Position numbers and translations under genes: made by a program. A stretch of 64,000 nucleotides of DNA from Octopus vulgaris (taxonomy: Eukaryota): the NCBI GenBank assembly GCA_951406725.2, contig OX597817.1, positions 19,778,001-19,842,000 of the forward strand, in the 5' to 3' direction. This document shows positions 27,720 to 41,487 of the stretch, piece after piece. The notes under the pieces are model-generated. The model was not told the origin of the DNA. It made no database searches and saw only the letters and a list, made by a program, of their open reading frames with translations. Within the stretch, counting starts at the first letter, position 1, and each line of letters starts with the position of its first letter.

Positions 27720-28053
<334 letters not shown>

Positions 28054-30254
28054 AACTTGTACAATATAAGGCACCGCTAACTCGTGTGAACTTACTCCAG
28101 TTGCTATATTTACCACCCCCTGTAGTCTCTTCGCGTCATCTTTGATTTATTGCAGTAAATTTCTAGTAAGTATTAATGATTGATGCAGAAGATTGCTGAA
28201 CTCGCTTTCGCCTCCTTTCTATTATCTTCTATTGGGCGACGTGTCGCCAACCTTTTCAGCCAGCAAATTTCTATAGGCAGACGTGAGAATAGTAATTGAT
28301 GAATGGCTCGTTATATTCAACGTTCTTAACTTTTCGATAAATTGTCTTCTCAATGACGGCTGAATGTATATAGAGTAAATGGAGTGCTGGTGATGGCTGA
28401 AGTGACCGCTGAATGCTAGGTTGCAGAAAATAAATATCATATTCAAAAACAAAATGACAGTATTGATTTCTCGCGCTTCAGAAGAAGAGTAGGACATAAG
28501 ATAGGAATATAACCGCTTTTTCTTACTACTGGTATTATTTTAGGTATGCTTTTGATAACTATTCCTATACGTATAACTGTTTAAAGTTGATGATATACGT
28601 TCACCTGCACAAAAACCAGCTGACCTGAATAAATTTATGAAGGTTTATCTATGCAGCTGTCCCACGAGAAAAACGTTAGAAGACAATTTCAGTCAGAATT
28701 GTATAAGTTTTAAACGAGACCATTGTATTTAAATATATAGTTTCAGATATATAAATTTAACGGATGGTTACTCGGTGAGAGCAGAGATATAAACAGCCAC
28801 AATTGCAAAAATGGTGAAGGAACTTATAATTCTATCCTAGTTGTAAAAATACGAGCAGATAAATATATTTAATACAGACTAGCAATATGAAGTGTTTCAT
28901 GAAGTGGGCCAAACACAACGCAAACGAAGAAACAAATTTCTAGAACGAAAAATGTTTTTATTTTTAATGAGAATTAAATACTAACAGTAAGGTAACAGTT
29001 ATCACCACACTATTTGTTCTAGTGACATGTTATTTTTACAGCATTCTTGTCTGGATATAAACAAAATAGCAAATCTAGAGACTTAAAAAAGTTGGATAAT
29101 GAATGCAGCTGAAATACACAAAGGAAATATATTTAACAAGAAAGAAGGCTGATATGATCGTCTAACAATTGTTTTATTTATATTTATTGCAGAACTAAGA
29201 CTTATACTGTAAATGACAACGGGTGGTAAATTCATATCTATGAAACATTAACGAAAGTAAAAGCCGTTTACTTTCTGCTAGAACCTGTCCACCCGAAAAA
29301 TCCAACAAACCACCGCAGTTAACTAACTGCCTTTAGCAAGTTGTAGATATAGCATCATATTATTTCTTAAATCTAGAAAGTAAATTAAAATCAGATTATA
29401 AAGTATCATATGATTCAGTTGGCTGGAAAAGCCATTTAGTGTCAATACTTTATACGAATGCCCAATGCGAAAATCTATAAAAAGACACAAGACGCTGAAT
29501 ATTTGGCAATGAAATCCAAACTGGTAGCAAAAGGTATTTGATTGCATGGCAAGGCTAAATACTTTACATATGCAGAAACACAAACATGTACAGAAGCAGA
29601 ATACAAGTACTTTAACTACACCATACGTGGAAAATGTCAAGTAAATATTAATCACCTGATTGAGAGAGATAGAGAAAAAAGAGATAGACATAGAGAGAGA
29701 GAGAGGGAGAGTGAGAAAGAGAGAGGGAGGTGGGTGGAGTGATAGCTGAAAGAATTCAACGGGAAATTGTATGCAAGGATAATCGAAGTTGGCTCTTGCA
29801 GTATAAAATGTACGGCATCGTATCTCTAAAAGAAATCGAGAAATCATCCTAATGTAAAGATCTGCTAGCAGATATAAGAAGAATTGTTGTAGATATAAGG
29901 GATATTGTTCTTAAAATTGAGTGACTAAGGAAATAATAAAACTTACAAAAGAGAATATTTAACCTAACCCCGTAACTTACAGAAGTTACTACTCATATAT
30001 CACAAGCAACCCTGCATGTACCCAAGTGATACAGACCTCTAGAGTGAAAAACCCTGCAATAATTGTAATACTCCCAAAGCAACAATAATAAATTCAAATT
30101 ACGATGAACGTAAACAAACAAACGAAGTTCGCTTTAGAAGCGTTGAGATGTCTTAGAAAGTTAAAGAAGTGATTTTAAATATTCAAACGCAAGATAATGC
30201 TAATAATATAGTCTGAATTGGATAAGCCACCCCCTTTTGCAGAAAAACAAGTTT

Positions 30255-30332
30255 GGCGGCCAGCTATGAGACTCGAACTCACTCCTCCGTGATTACGCGG
30301 CGCGGTGCTCTGAACCATTAAGCTAAACCGCC
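30255..30332 (-). pseudogene. tRNA-like sequence (Thr-CGT-like pseudogene or SINE head)
   Basis: GGCGGTT-TAGCTTAATGGTTCAGAGC-A-CCGCG..CGT..CACGG-AGGA-GTGAG-TTCGAGT-CTCAT-AGCT-GGCCGCC. Acceptor, D and T arms pair; the anticodon loop is enlarged and there are 4 extra nt after the T arm. Confidence 0.6.
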
Positions 30333-30392
30333 CACACCACAAGTTCTTTCGCAAATTTAAGATATATAGAAATCTCGCTTTATGAGACGCTA

Positions 30393-30773
30393 TCTCTCTC
30401 TATATAAACGGCAGTTTGTCTGTGTGTGTTTCTGTGTGTCTGTTTGGTTGTACCCTCACCCTGACCACGGCTTTCAACCGATTCTGATGAAACTTGACAC
30501 ACACATAGCCCAATGTCATAATTCAAAACTAACGCAGCGAAAATTTTGAAAAGTTCCCCAGTTCTGAAAAAGATCGATAAATTCGACATGGGGTCGAGAA
30601 TCAGAAACACAAACCACAGATGGTCTAGGGGACGCAACTCGACCTTTTTAACTATCAAAAAAAATTTACCATCATTTTTTTCCCATTTTTTTGCTATTTT
30701 TTGGCTATAACTCTAAAAATGCTTTATAGTTATTTCCCTTACAAACCTGAGCAACGCCGGGCGATACTGCTAG
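30393..30773 (+). mobile_element. Non-autonomous Helitron
   Basis: 5' TC, subterminal hairpin cctgagcaacgccggg, 3' CTAG at 30770-30773, inserted between A30392 and T30774 with no TSD. Confidence 0.85.
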
Positions 30774-30954
30774 TCATACGATAAATTCAAATTAAGATGA
30801 ACGTAAAAAAAAAAAAACGAAGTTTGCTTTAGAAGCGTTGAGACGTCTTAGAAAGTTAAAGAAGTGATTTTAAATTCTCAATCGTAGGATAATGCTAATA
30901 ATATAACCTGAATAGGATAAGCTACCAAATTTTGCAGAAAAAAAGTGTTGGCAG

Positions 30955-31181
30955 CAGTTTTCAAATTTCAAGTTTTGGTACAAGACTAGCAATTTCGAGG
31001 GAAAGGATAAATCGATTACATCGATCCCAGGTCTCAATTAAAACTTATTTTATCGACCCTGAAGTGAATGAATGAATGGCAAAGTTCACTGCGAGGGAAT
31101 TTGAACTCCAGATGCATAGACAAAGGAAATGCCGCTAAGCATGTTGCTCGTCGAGCTAACCATTCTCCCAAATTGCTGCTT
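30955..31181 (-). mobile_element. SINE family 2, diverged
   Basis: tttatcgaccc...ggaatttgaactc...aaatgccgctaagcat is the reverse complement of SINE2. Confidence 0.7.
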
Positions 31182-31189
31182 AACCCAAA

Positions 31190-32270
31190 CTAACTACAGT
31201 GATGAGGTAAAAGATCAGAAAAAAAAATGTTATTGCAGGGTAATGGCAAGACAATATTGCAAGACAGAGCTAAACGCAAGAAAAGTATCGTGGTGATTAA
31301 TACACATACCGGACGTGACTTACATTTTCAATAGTTTTAACTAGTCAACGGAAATCTGTAAGCTTGATAGAAACATTCGAAAACTGTTGACAATGAATAG
31401 AATCTACCACCCTAAAGCAAATGTAGAACGACTTCACTTGACAAGAAAAGTGGTTGGCCGCGGAGTCTTACAATATAAACTGAGACTGAACAGTTGGCCT
31501 CAGCATTTATCTGAAAATTACTGATGACCAGGCAATAAAACTTGTCTTAAGGTACAAAAGCAAGTCGTCCACAATTATATGTACTGGAAACAAGCACAGC
31601 TAAAGCTAAGCGTATGAAAACATTTGCCAGAGCTATTAGATATTCTCACTGATAAATGACAAGAAATTCCTCTCAATGGCAAATACCCAAAGACAGATAA
31701 TTATGTTGATGTTGACAAAGCTCTTACCCATCAATGATTAGCTTTTTCTGGCTTAATATCAGAGGCAGCAGGGTGTATTTTATTAGCCAATGATCAATGC
31801 CTACCTACAGGAAGCTACTAGGTCAACATCTTAAAGAACGGCAGTAGCTCATTATGTTGCGTATGTAAACAACAGGCGGAAACCATCGATCATATTGTCT
31901 CCATGTGCAGCCTTCTTCCACTCATAGAGTATCTCAACAGGTATGATAGAGTGGCGCAATATATTTGCAGGGTGATTTGGAAGGACTTGGACCTGCCCCA
32001 TGCTGAACACCGGTAGGAACACAAACCACCGTCAGTGCTTGAAAATGATCACATCTATCTCCTTTGAAACCTTACTGTTCAAATTGATAGAAAGACAGAT
32101 GCTAATAGGCCATCCATTACATTGAAGGATTTCAGAGAAAAATCATGCCTACTCATCGATATGATTGTCCCAATTGACATATATGTATCTGTCAAGACCT
32201 ACCAAAAACTGAGTAAATGTAAAGATGTTGAAATACAAATTGGCAAGATGTGGATCACCAAGACTAATAG
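31190..32270 (+). mobile_element. Degenerate R4/Dong-like LINE ORF C-terminal half
   Basis: HPKANVERLHL, CCVCKQQAETIDHIVSMC (zinc knuckle), ANRPSI...CLLIDMIVP (PD-D nuclease), KLSKCKDVEI; several stops. Confidence 0.85.
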
Positions 32271-32574
32271 AAGATGAGGAAGAAGAAGAAGAAAGGGATG
32301 AGGATGAGGAGGGAGAGGGGCGAGATGGATTTCTTTTCTTTGATTCAAGTGCATCAAGAAAAAGGGATAGGGAGACAAATTCCAGAATGTGTGTTTAGAC
32401 AGAGATCAGATGAAGACAATTACAAAAGAAATTAATAAAAAAATATATGTGAATAATTGATTATACAGTTCTCATTATCCAGAGAAAGTTTCAGGAAGTA
32501 TCTATCAAGTAACTTTGGAAATCCAAGGTCTTCCTGTCGATGAAACGTAGGCATTATCATCCCACGGTATTCCC

Positions 32575-32815
32575 CAAGGCGGCGAGCTGGCAGAAACGTT
32601 AGCATGCCGGGCGAAATGCTTAGCGGTATTTCGTCTGCGTTACGTTGTGAGTTCAAATCTGCCGAGGTCGACTTTGTCTTTCATCCTTTCCGGGTCGATA
32701 AATTAAGTACCAGTTACGCACTGGGGTTGATGTGATCGACTTGATACCTATGTCTGTCCTTGCCCTTGTTTGTCCCCTCTGTGTTTAGCCACTTGTGGGT
32801 AATAAAGAAATAGGT
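32575..32815 (+). mobile_element. SINE family 2
   Basis: caaggcggcgagctggcagaaacgttagc...gagttcaaatc; flanked by ggtattcccca on both sides (32567 and 32813), a possible TSD. Confidence 0.9.
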
Positions 32816-33028
32816 ATTCCCCAAATTACAGGCGCAGAGATTAGACACATTCACTTTTGTTAATTCCGCAACACACCAAAATTGTAAGAATATTCATGGT
32901 GGGGGGGAAGTCGCTCTAGGCTCGTGTATCTACGCCCCGCAATATCTTCCAAATGTGACTTGATAAATTGCATTAAAACTTGGTAGAATGTTAGCCATGA
33001 AGAAAAGATCTCTAAATATACTCAATAT

Positions 33029-33445
33029 ACGCAGGAATGGCTGTGTGGTAAGTAGCTTGCTAACCAGCCACATGGTTCCGGGTTCAGTCCCACTGCGTGG
33101 CATCTTGGGCAAGTGTCTTCTGCTATAGCCCCGGGCCGACCAATGTCTTGTGAGTGGATTTGGTAGACGGAAACTGAAAGAAGCCTGTCGTATATATGTA
33201 TATATATATATAAGTGTGTGTGTATATGTTTGTGTGTCTGTGTTTGTCCGCCTAGCATTGCTTGACAACCGATGCTGGTGTGTTTACGTCCCCGTCACTT
33301 AGCGGTTCGGCAAAAGAGACCGATAGAATAAGTTACTGGGCTTACAAAGAATAAGTCCCGGGGTCGATTTTCTCGACTAAAAGGCGGTGCTCCAGCATGG
33401 CCGCAGTCAAATGACTGAAACAAGTAAAAGAGTAAAAAGAGAGTA
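33029..33445 (+). mobile_element. SINE family 1, full length
   Basis: Closely similar to 7000-7407. Confidence 0.9.
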
Positions 33446-33729
33446 ATTAAAAGTAAAGTAATTAGGAATAAAGGGTTATATGGATTGAAATGATTTGAAA
33501 GCTAAATTCATTATCATCGGTGTATTATAATCAATTAGAAAGATTGAACTGACTAGGCATAACGACATATACTGACATGCTCCAACCATCTGTCATCATT
33601 GGATCTGATAATATTCTTAGAAAGAAAACTTTCTAATGCTCTTTGTGAAAGTTTGGTAGTTAAACAGAAGAAGAAAAAAACAAGAATCAATGTATTATAA
33701 CTATAATGCGTAAAGAAAAAGCATAACAA

Positions 33730-34030
<301 letters not shown>

Positions 34031-34433
34031 GAATACAAATATGATAAAAAAGAAGGGAAGAATCGTTTAGGCCGGAAACGGATATTGATTGTAAAATGTG
34101 ACACAATGTTCCTATTGTTAATAACATGCGACGCACGTATATCGCTATCATTATTAGATAAGCATGAAGTTCAAAAACTTTTCATATTCAACTTTGATGC
34201 TGGTGTAATGAGACAATTTTTAAATAGAAATAAGTGACATATTTCTTCATTTTTTTATTCTCGTGGTAGATCGAATTAGCCTTTAATTTCCTGATATTAT
34301 ATAGTTGATTTCCTCCACATTTATTTAAGTATAAACATTTGTAAAGCATAACCAATTATAACTAGCATTATTTTGATGGGTTTTTTAAAGCATATATGCC
34401 ACGCCATTTTTAGTGTTTTTATTTGCCACTAAT

Positions 34434-34527
34434 CTTCTTCTTCTTCTTCTTCTTCTTCTTCTTCTTCTTCTTCTTCTTCTTCTTCTTCTTCTTCTTCTTC
34501 TTCTTCTTCTTCTTCTTCTTCTTCTTC
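34434..34527. repeat. (TTC)n microsatellite
   Basis: Read directly. Confidence 0.95.
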
Positions 34528-35264
34528 AATGCTTATTTGTCCTGGCTTATTTTTAAATGTCTCTTAAACTTAAAAAGACTATGGTTAATAACGTACAAAA
34601 TGGATGGAATACTATTCTGTACAGTTTATTTTTCCTAGGGAATCTTTTGAACAAAACGTACACAACTTTTCCCATATAGAGTTCAAACCAGAAATAGTGC
34701 TTGTTTTTTTTTTATTAGCTATATTTATTTATTATTGGCCTACACTATCAGCTAAAACCCCGCTTACAATGGAAAGAAACGTGAAAACGAAGACTGCAAG
34801 TACATGATTATTAAAATCAAAAGAAAATGAACACAGTAAACAAAGAAGAAAATGGGTTTTTTATCAACTATGGTCTCAGCATCAACAGGCATTGAATTAT
34901 TCTTAACAATCATAACAAAAATACATATGAGCATTGCCAAATTGAAATAGTGATAAAAATTTGTTGGAGCTAAAATTAAAACTCCTGCACACATATTTAC
35001 ATCAATACTATGTATAAGGTCATCACATGAGTAATGCCCATATTTGAGATACGACAACTTATCAAATTTTATATTTTAATGAAACTTAATCGTCAATATA
35101 GTTTACAAGGTTATCTTTAACATATGTCCATCCACTCGTAAGATTTTAAATCGCATTAGTGAAAAACTCTTATAATTTCGAAGAGAAAAACCCCTTAGAT
35201 TTTTCCGGAGTTAATCCATCCAAATGATTCTGTAAAGTACGGAACAAATAGTAATCTCAAGGAA

Positions 35265-35790
35265 CAGAGTCTAGGTAATAAGGCGGTTGAGCAATTTTCC
35301 CTTTCACCAAGCCAGTGTCTCCGACGCTAAATATTTTGATAAATGACCCATATTCCATCAGCAGCCACAAGAAGGACTAAAACGGGCAAGATGATTTCAC
35401 GAGAACTAAGAGAAGTGCAGATGTCCACTCGGGATTTGTGGTTGGCTTCAGACAAATTGTGAGTCACCTATTTTCCGAGTTTTAGGACTTACTAAACTGT
35501 TGAAGATGGTGGTGAAAAGTTGTATGGCTTGAACGACGCTTGCCTGTCAATTCTCCAACTCAAAATGCATGATCTTTTTCAAGCTCTGACAGAAGGAGCT
35601 TGTCATCAAACTCAATTGGACGTCTTGCTCGGGTCACATTTTTAAGGCTAAATTCTCCAGGTCTAAATTTGGCAAAATATATTCAGCAAGTTCTGTCATT
35701 CAGACATTCCATAAACTGAGAGAATATTTCGAGTCGCTTCACACCAGAATGTCTTTATTAAACTCATAAGGCATTAATGCTCCTTAGAAA
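35265..35790 (-). pseudogene. Mariner transposase N-terminal fragment
   Basis: Minus strand reads EATRNI..CLNDRTC*IYFAKFRPGEFSLKNVTRARRPIEFDD...LGK*VTHNLSE (WVPHEL)...LVAADGIWVIY (TGDEKW). Confidence 0.75.
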
Positions 35791-36439
35791 TTTACATGTT
35801 TGAAGCGCTACAATTAATGAAATTTCAATTAGAATATCCTGCAAAATTTACTTCAATTAGTTTAAATTTGTCGAAATATATATATATATAAATATTACTT
35901 GATGTCATTTGACATTCTAAAATACTGTTAAAACTTTTACAAATTGAAAATATAGAAGTCCGGACATTACGTATTGGATATTCAAATACATTCAGCTTAT
36001 AATAATAACATAATCATTATCTGAGAGAGAAAACAAACAAACAAAAGCATTTTTCAAAAGCATTACATAGAAGTGAGAATGAATCATAGTAACCTATATA
36101 TGCATTGAAAAACTCAGGGATGTCTTCCTTGTATTCTGTGACAATTAATTGCGGTGAAATTGATAATTAGCCTGAATACTCTAACAGCAAATAAGAAAAT
36201 ATACGTGTTGTTTTGAAACACCAAGACAAGAAAGAGAATGAACCTCAAGAAGAATAACAACTCTATTTATGCGCTATTTATACAGCATTTTACCCGAAGG
36301 AACACGTGGTTCATTCTAAATGTTATCAAAAATAACATTGGTCCATATTTCACGGTTATTTTCAAGTGCAACATCACCTGGTGATTAAAGCGTTTTTAAC
36401 TTTTTCCATACTTTACGTATGTAATTTTTATCTACGGGA

Positions 36440-37000
36440 TTTGAATCGTAAGTCTTTGTGTGATCAGTAGGATATTTCGTCCACGCCTACATGTCAAGAA
36501 TTTTACCCACTTGTCACTACCACAAGCTGGTACTGAGAGTGTGGTATATAACCTCCTGTGTGGTATTGATCTCAGCCGGACCCGTAATAGACGCATGCAG
36601 AGCAACGAAACCACCGGTGCCGTGTATTCCACTAATAACTTGTAGAATTATATCAAAAATCTACTGTCATGTGTTGGACAGACCTGGCTAACAACCGACT
36701 CTATTATCAAGATCAGCCCACCGCTTTCCCTTGGCCGGGGAGTGCAAGCAATGTTCCTTTGTCTGGTGGTAATGGTGAAGCAAGTAGTGTAGTGGATGAC
36801 CTTCAAACATTGAAGGCAAAACACTTATCTTCGGCCTAATCCTTATTGATTTTGTTAAATTCCATTTGAAAGGGAAACTGAGATTTGATTGAGTGCTGCT
36901 TCCATGTGTGTTTGTTGAAAAGTGGTTGAATGTAGCGGGGCTCACTCGAATGAGTGGGCCTTCTCGAAAATGGTGACCCTTGGATGTGGAAAATGAATGT
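36440..37000 (+). mobile_element. L1/Tx1-like ORF2 C-terminal remnant
   Basis: LIDFVKFHLKGKLRF..VFVEKWLNVA at about 36840-36940 parallels 40960-41055. Confidence 0.5.
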
Positions 37001-37199
37001 AAAAGCTGTAACAGTCAGGGGATCGTCTGGTGTATGGGGTGAACCAGGGTATGTTGGGCTACTTGGTTACTCCTGGATTGGAATTTTGACCATCACTGCT
37101 GTTGATCCGCCAGTACAAACCAATAGCGTTTCGAGGTTAAGTCAAATATACTGAAACGGAATCGCATGATCTACAATGCCAATATGTACAAGGGACAAA

Positions 37200-37750
37200 T
37201 GAAATGGCATGTAAACATAGAATCGGTCTGTCATGTCTTTTTCTGTTATACCCTTTTATATGTAGTGACTGTTGACCGACTACTGCGGGATATATAAATT
37301 ATGTGTGGCATACCGCGCGAAGATGCTGGGAATTGTGTTAGCCGATACAGACGACGTCACTGTGACAGTGTTGGACAACAGATATACAGAGATGGACGGT
37401 ATCATTCTGAGCAAGTACCAGGCGCTTATAAAACCACAAAACAGCTCGAAAACTTCAGTGAGAAAAGACAGATATTTATCGTCCGAGAGGTGGTGATGCG
37501 CTGGACAAAGAATCTGCTAATCTCTCGTGAAATATTTCTGTCTAGATTTTCAGATGGCCAAGAACTGGATAATTCCGACCACCTTGATACTCTGAAATGG
37601 GCTACGATGAAACTATCTCTAACGACCATGTGTTATTCCGGACCACGTATGATCCGTTAGGAAGGTCTTAACTTTTATAATTTTGTGGAAATGACGCGTT
37701 CCTCTAGTAAAACCACCCATCAACAGTAAAACTTACAGAGGAGAGATTAT
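37200..37750 (+). mobile_element. L1/Tx1-like RT remnant
   Basis: ADTDDVTVTV (YADD-like) in ORF 37272-37496, followed by a ccagaactgg segment similar to the 21100-21485 copy. Confidence 0.5.
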
Positions 37751-38144
37751 TCAGGTTTCAATTTAAATTATGGCTGGAGAAGACAGTGATGTCATCTAAC
37801 CAATTTGCTGAAAGGTGAACGACTGTGTTGCAAGCGCTGACAGAACGATCCTGTTCTGAGCATGCGCTTTTAGAACTGAATCACAACAACTAAGAATAGA
37901 TTCTTACTTCATGTTCAGCGTGACCTTCCTTTTGTAAGCTTCCATGACATCTCTCGGACTTTTCCAAATCTACTAGAAAAATCTTCCGTGTTGAAATGCT
38001 AAAATTTCTTTGTTTGCAATTGTTTAGATTTTGTTTACATGTTTAACCCCTTTTCGTTTCCTAGAATATTGCACTCGTTTTGTATAAGCTCTTGTGATCA
38101 ATAAAGAAACACTCCTCTTCCTCCTCCCCAACCTCTAAACACTC

Positions 38145-38199
38145 CTCTCCTCCTCCTCCTCCTCCTCCTCATTATTATCATCATCATCACCATTATCAA

Positions 38200-38235
<36 letters not shown>

Positions 38236-38293
38236 CATTATTATTATCATCATCATCATTATCAACATCATCATCACCGTCATCATCATCATT

Positions 38294-38326
<33 letters not shown>

Positions 38327-38409
38327 GTCGTCGTCGTCGTCGTCGTCGTCGTCATCATCATCATCATCATCATTATTATTATTATTATCATTATTATTAT
38401 TATTATTAC

Positions 38410-38487
<78 letters not shown>

Positions 38488-38491
38488 CATT

Positions 38492-38547
<56 letters not shown>

Positions 38548-38600
38548 TTTAATCACTCTCGTCGTCGTTCTCCTCTTTTGTTGTTGTTGTTGTTGTTATT
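38145..38600. repeat. Compound (CTC)/(CAT)/(CGT)/(ATT)/(GTT) microsatellite
   Basis: Read directly. Confidence 0.95.
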
Positions 38601-39305
38601 AGTTTTCCTTCAATTCATAGTGTCAGTTTCAACGGAGCCATCATCATCATCACCATCGTCTTCCGCATAATCATATTCATTGTAATTGTTATTACCAGCA
38701 CAACATATTTTTGCTGTTTTTCAAGAAAATTTATGGCATAAATCCTATTGCAAAGTGATTTCCCTTGGTGATTGCCGTTATATCTCAGTCATATTTTCAT
38801 AATTTCTTTTTTCTGCTTTATATATATATTTTTTTTTTTATGGAATATGTTTAAACACAACTGAAACACTCTAATACAAATATGTATACACACTAACACA
38901 TCCTGAAGACATTAGAAAATAGATTAGCTTAGGTATAAACGTATTGGTCAATATAGAATTAGTTGCACAAATTATACGCACGAAATGTGTGTTAGTGTGT
39001 GGATGTCAGAACAAAACTATAGGACTCAACGAAATCATAATTTCCTTTATTCACATGACACAGCCTCTACCTAAATGTATGTGTATATATACTTAGGCTT
39101 AATTGTAATAATAATTCATGACCCATACTTATGGGATGTATAGTCATTTATCCCAAATAGATGTTTCAATCTTGAAATACCATGCTCACTTACAAATTGT
39201 TTTTAGCACGTGAATATCTCTCACTATGAACATGTTTGCCACTCAGTATAAACTTATCTACGAATCTACGTATGCATCTGTCTGTCTCGCTGTCTATCGA
39301 TATAA

Positions 39306-39392
<87 letters not shown>

Positions 39393-39440
39393 TATGTATA
39401 TATATATATATATATGCAAACACGCACACGCACACACACA

Positions 39441-39478
<38 letters not shown>

Positions 39479-39711
39479 TAAAGAGAGAGAGAGAGAGACT
39501 AGGAATGCTCAGAATAATACAATCTCTAATAATTTCGTACTTTAACCCCAGGATTTTAAGTGCGTCATAAGAGACATCATCCGCGAATAACCTAAGCTTA
39601 ACGGATCACTTTTATCAAACGAGTGGGAGAGAGATTGAAAGAGAGACGTAGCTAGATTGATAGAGATAAATAGATAGATACATACATACTTACATATGCA
39701 TAGAAACGTAC

Positions 39712-39763
<52 letters not shown>

Positions 39764-39802
39764 CACACACATGCATTAATATACATACATATATATGTTT
39801 AA

Positions 39803-39929
39803 GTATATAATTATAATGAAGGTTACTGAAAGGACAACGTCAATACGCTAAAACTATATGTCAAATCTTTGGCATCTACCTCTAGCATATTGGCGTTAGT
39901 CCTCCAGGGCCCTTACTTATAATTACATA

Positions 39930-39931
<2 letters not shown>
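39803..39931. repeat. Imperfect palindrome with ~62-bp arms and a 2-nt spacer, inside (TA)n
   Basis: ggacaacgtcaatacgcta pairs with tagcatattggcgttagtcc; gtatataattataa pairs with ttataattacatac. Confidence 0.75.
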
Positions 39932-39974
<43 letters not shown>

Positions 39975-40255
39975 AAAATACGTCTAGATAGAAAATGCTG
40001 AAATAATTTTATAAAAAACATTTTAATACCGGTTTCAGTGATTGAGACTTTTTCAACTGTAAGTATGGAAAACAATTAAATTTGGGAAAGATTAAAAGAA
40101 AAGTTTTTAAAAGAAAATTTGCGGAGTGTTCAAATGCAAGTGGCATGTTCCTTGTTTCTGCCTATCTCCGTCTCTCTTGTTTACTTTTGTAGGTTCGAGA
40201 TTTTTGTGAATTCTTGCAAGCATCCTCTGAGTGGCGAATTAGGTATGCGTTGGCT
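39975..40255 (-). mobile_element. Probable Penelope terminal-repeat fragment with a degenerate hammerhead
   Basis: Minus strand ttgaaaa-agt-ctcaatc-act-GAAACCGGTA with palindromic stem III; adjacent to (TA)n. Confidence 0.4.
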
Positions 40256-40259
40256 CCTA

Positions 40260-41060
40260 ATGTACAGACTTGTTCTCAGGTTACGCTACCTGCTACAAAT
40301 TGTGGACGGTGAACGTGTGTAGGCTCCAGCTGTGCAGCTTGTCTTTTCGCAGTTCGTGTCCTTGAGGGAGATGAAGTCCTGGATAAAGAAAAACCGAGTC
40401 TGGACGCTTGGCACCTAGAATGTAGTCAGGCATTCACAACCCTCTACCACTTGGGCAATGGCATCGGTGGATGTTCCTCTTTAGAAATTTACTGAGGATT
40501 AGTGTCGGGGAAGTGCGACGACGTTCTCGGCGAGACTCTGGGCGCTGACGACAACGAACTGGCTAATCTGTTACAGAGGACTTTCCGGTCGGGAACTATC
40601 ATAGCCAAGTTCCACATGTCCTTGGCCTGGTAGTGTTACCGGGGGAGCTGATGTTTCGAGATAAACCCTTCAGGCACGGATGTGCTGTCAGATGGACTTG
40701 TCCGATGTGCACGCAGATTGACGAAACCGTTTTGTGCGCCCTCGTTTAGTGTCTGGGCATTGCTGTCTTGTGAAGTTATGTTAAAAAGCTGCTGTTACGT
40801 TTGGGATAGATCCGTCTTTCAGCTGAGTCTGTAGTCATGGTCGCACCGTTGCCATCCTTCAGTCGGGAAGGCAAGGCAGTTTTCTTTTGCCTTGTGGTTG
40901 TGAGGAAAGAGGTTGTTTGGTGAGGACAGATACAGTCCTCTTTGGTAGAGCTCTAACTGACATTTTCAAGTCTCACTCGCAAAAGAAACTGAAATTGGAG
41001 AGATAAGTGCTGTCTTCTAGCGAGTTTATTGAAAGGTAGGTGCAAGTTGCAAAAATGGTA
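40260..41060 (+). mobile_element. L1/Tx1-like ORF2 C-terminus (zf-RVT region)
   Basis: SLAW*CYRG..RDKPFRHG..TCPMC..DETVLCALV*C, matching the CxxC...ET..H...C pattern. Confidence 0.75.
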
Positions 41061-41487
41061 CCCCTGTAAGTCGGAGAGAAGTAATTGGAAAGGGCTTCTT
41101 TTTCAGTGTATATCGTGTATACTTATCTTCATTTTTTTAATAATTTCATTACTATATGTAAATCCCCACACTTTATGCCTGTCTCTGTATTGCCCCCCCC
41201 CTCATCATTCGCCCTTGCGGCAAATAAACGAACACATTATTATTTTTATCCGCAGTAAATATAAACAATTGATAATAACAACAACAATAATGTTAGTGGC
41301 CAGCAAGCAATAATAGCGTTAATTTGTTATATAATAAAAATTATAATTATAATAGAATGTGCACGAAGCACCAGATTGCTAGATATAAGAGCTAAAAACC
41401 TCAAATAAGCCACCAATCACACTAGAAAACATAACGGACCAGCAGAAATTGGGCAAATATATAAAAATTTAACAAACTCAGATTAAC

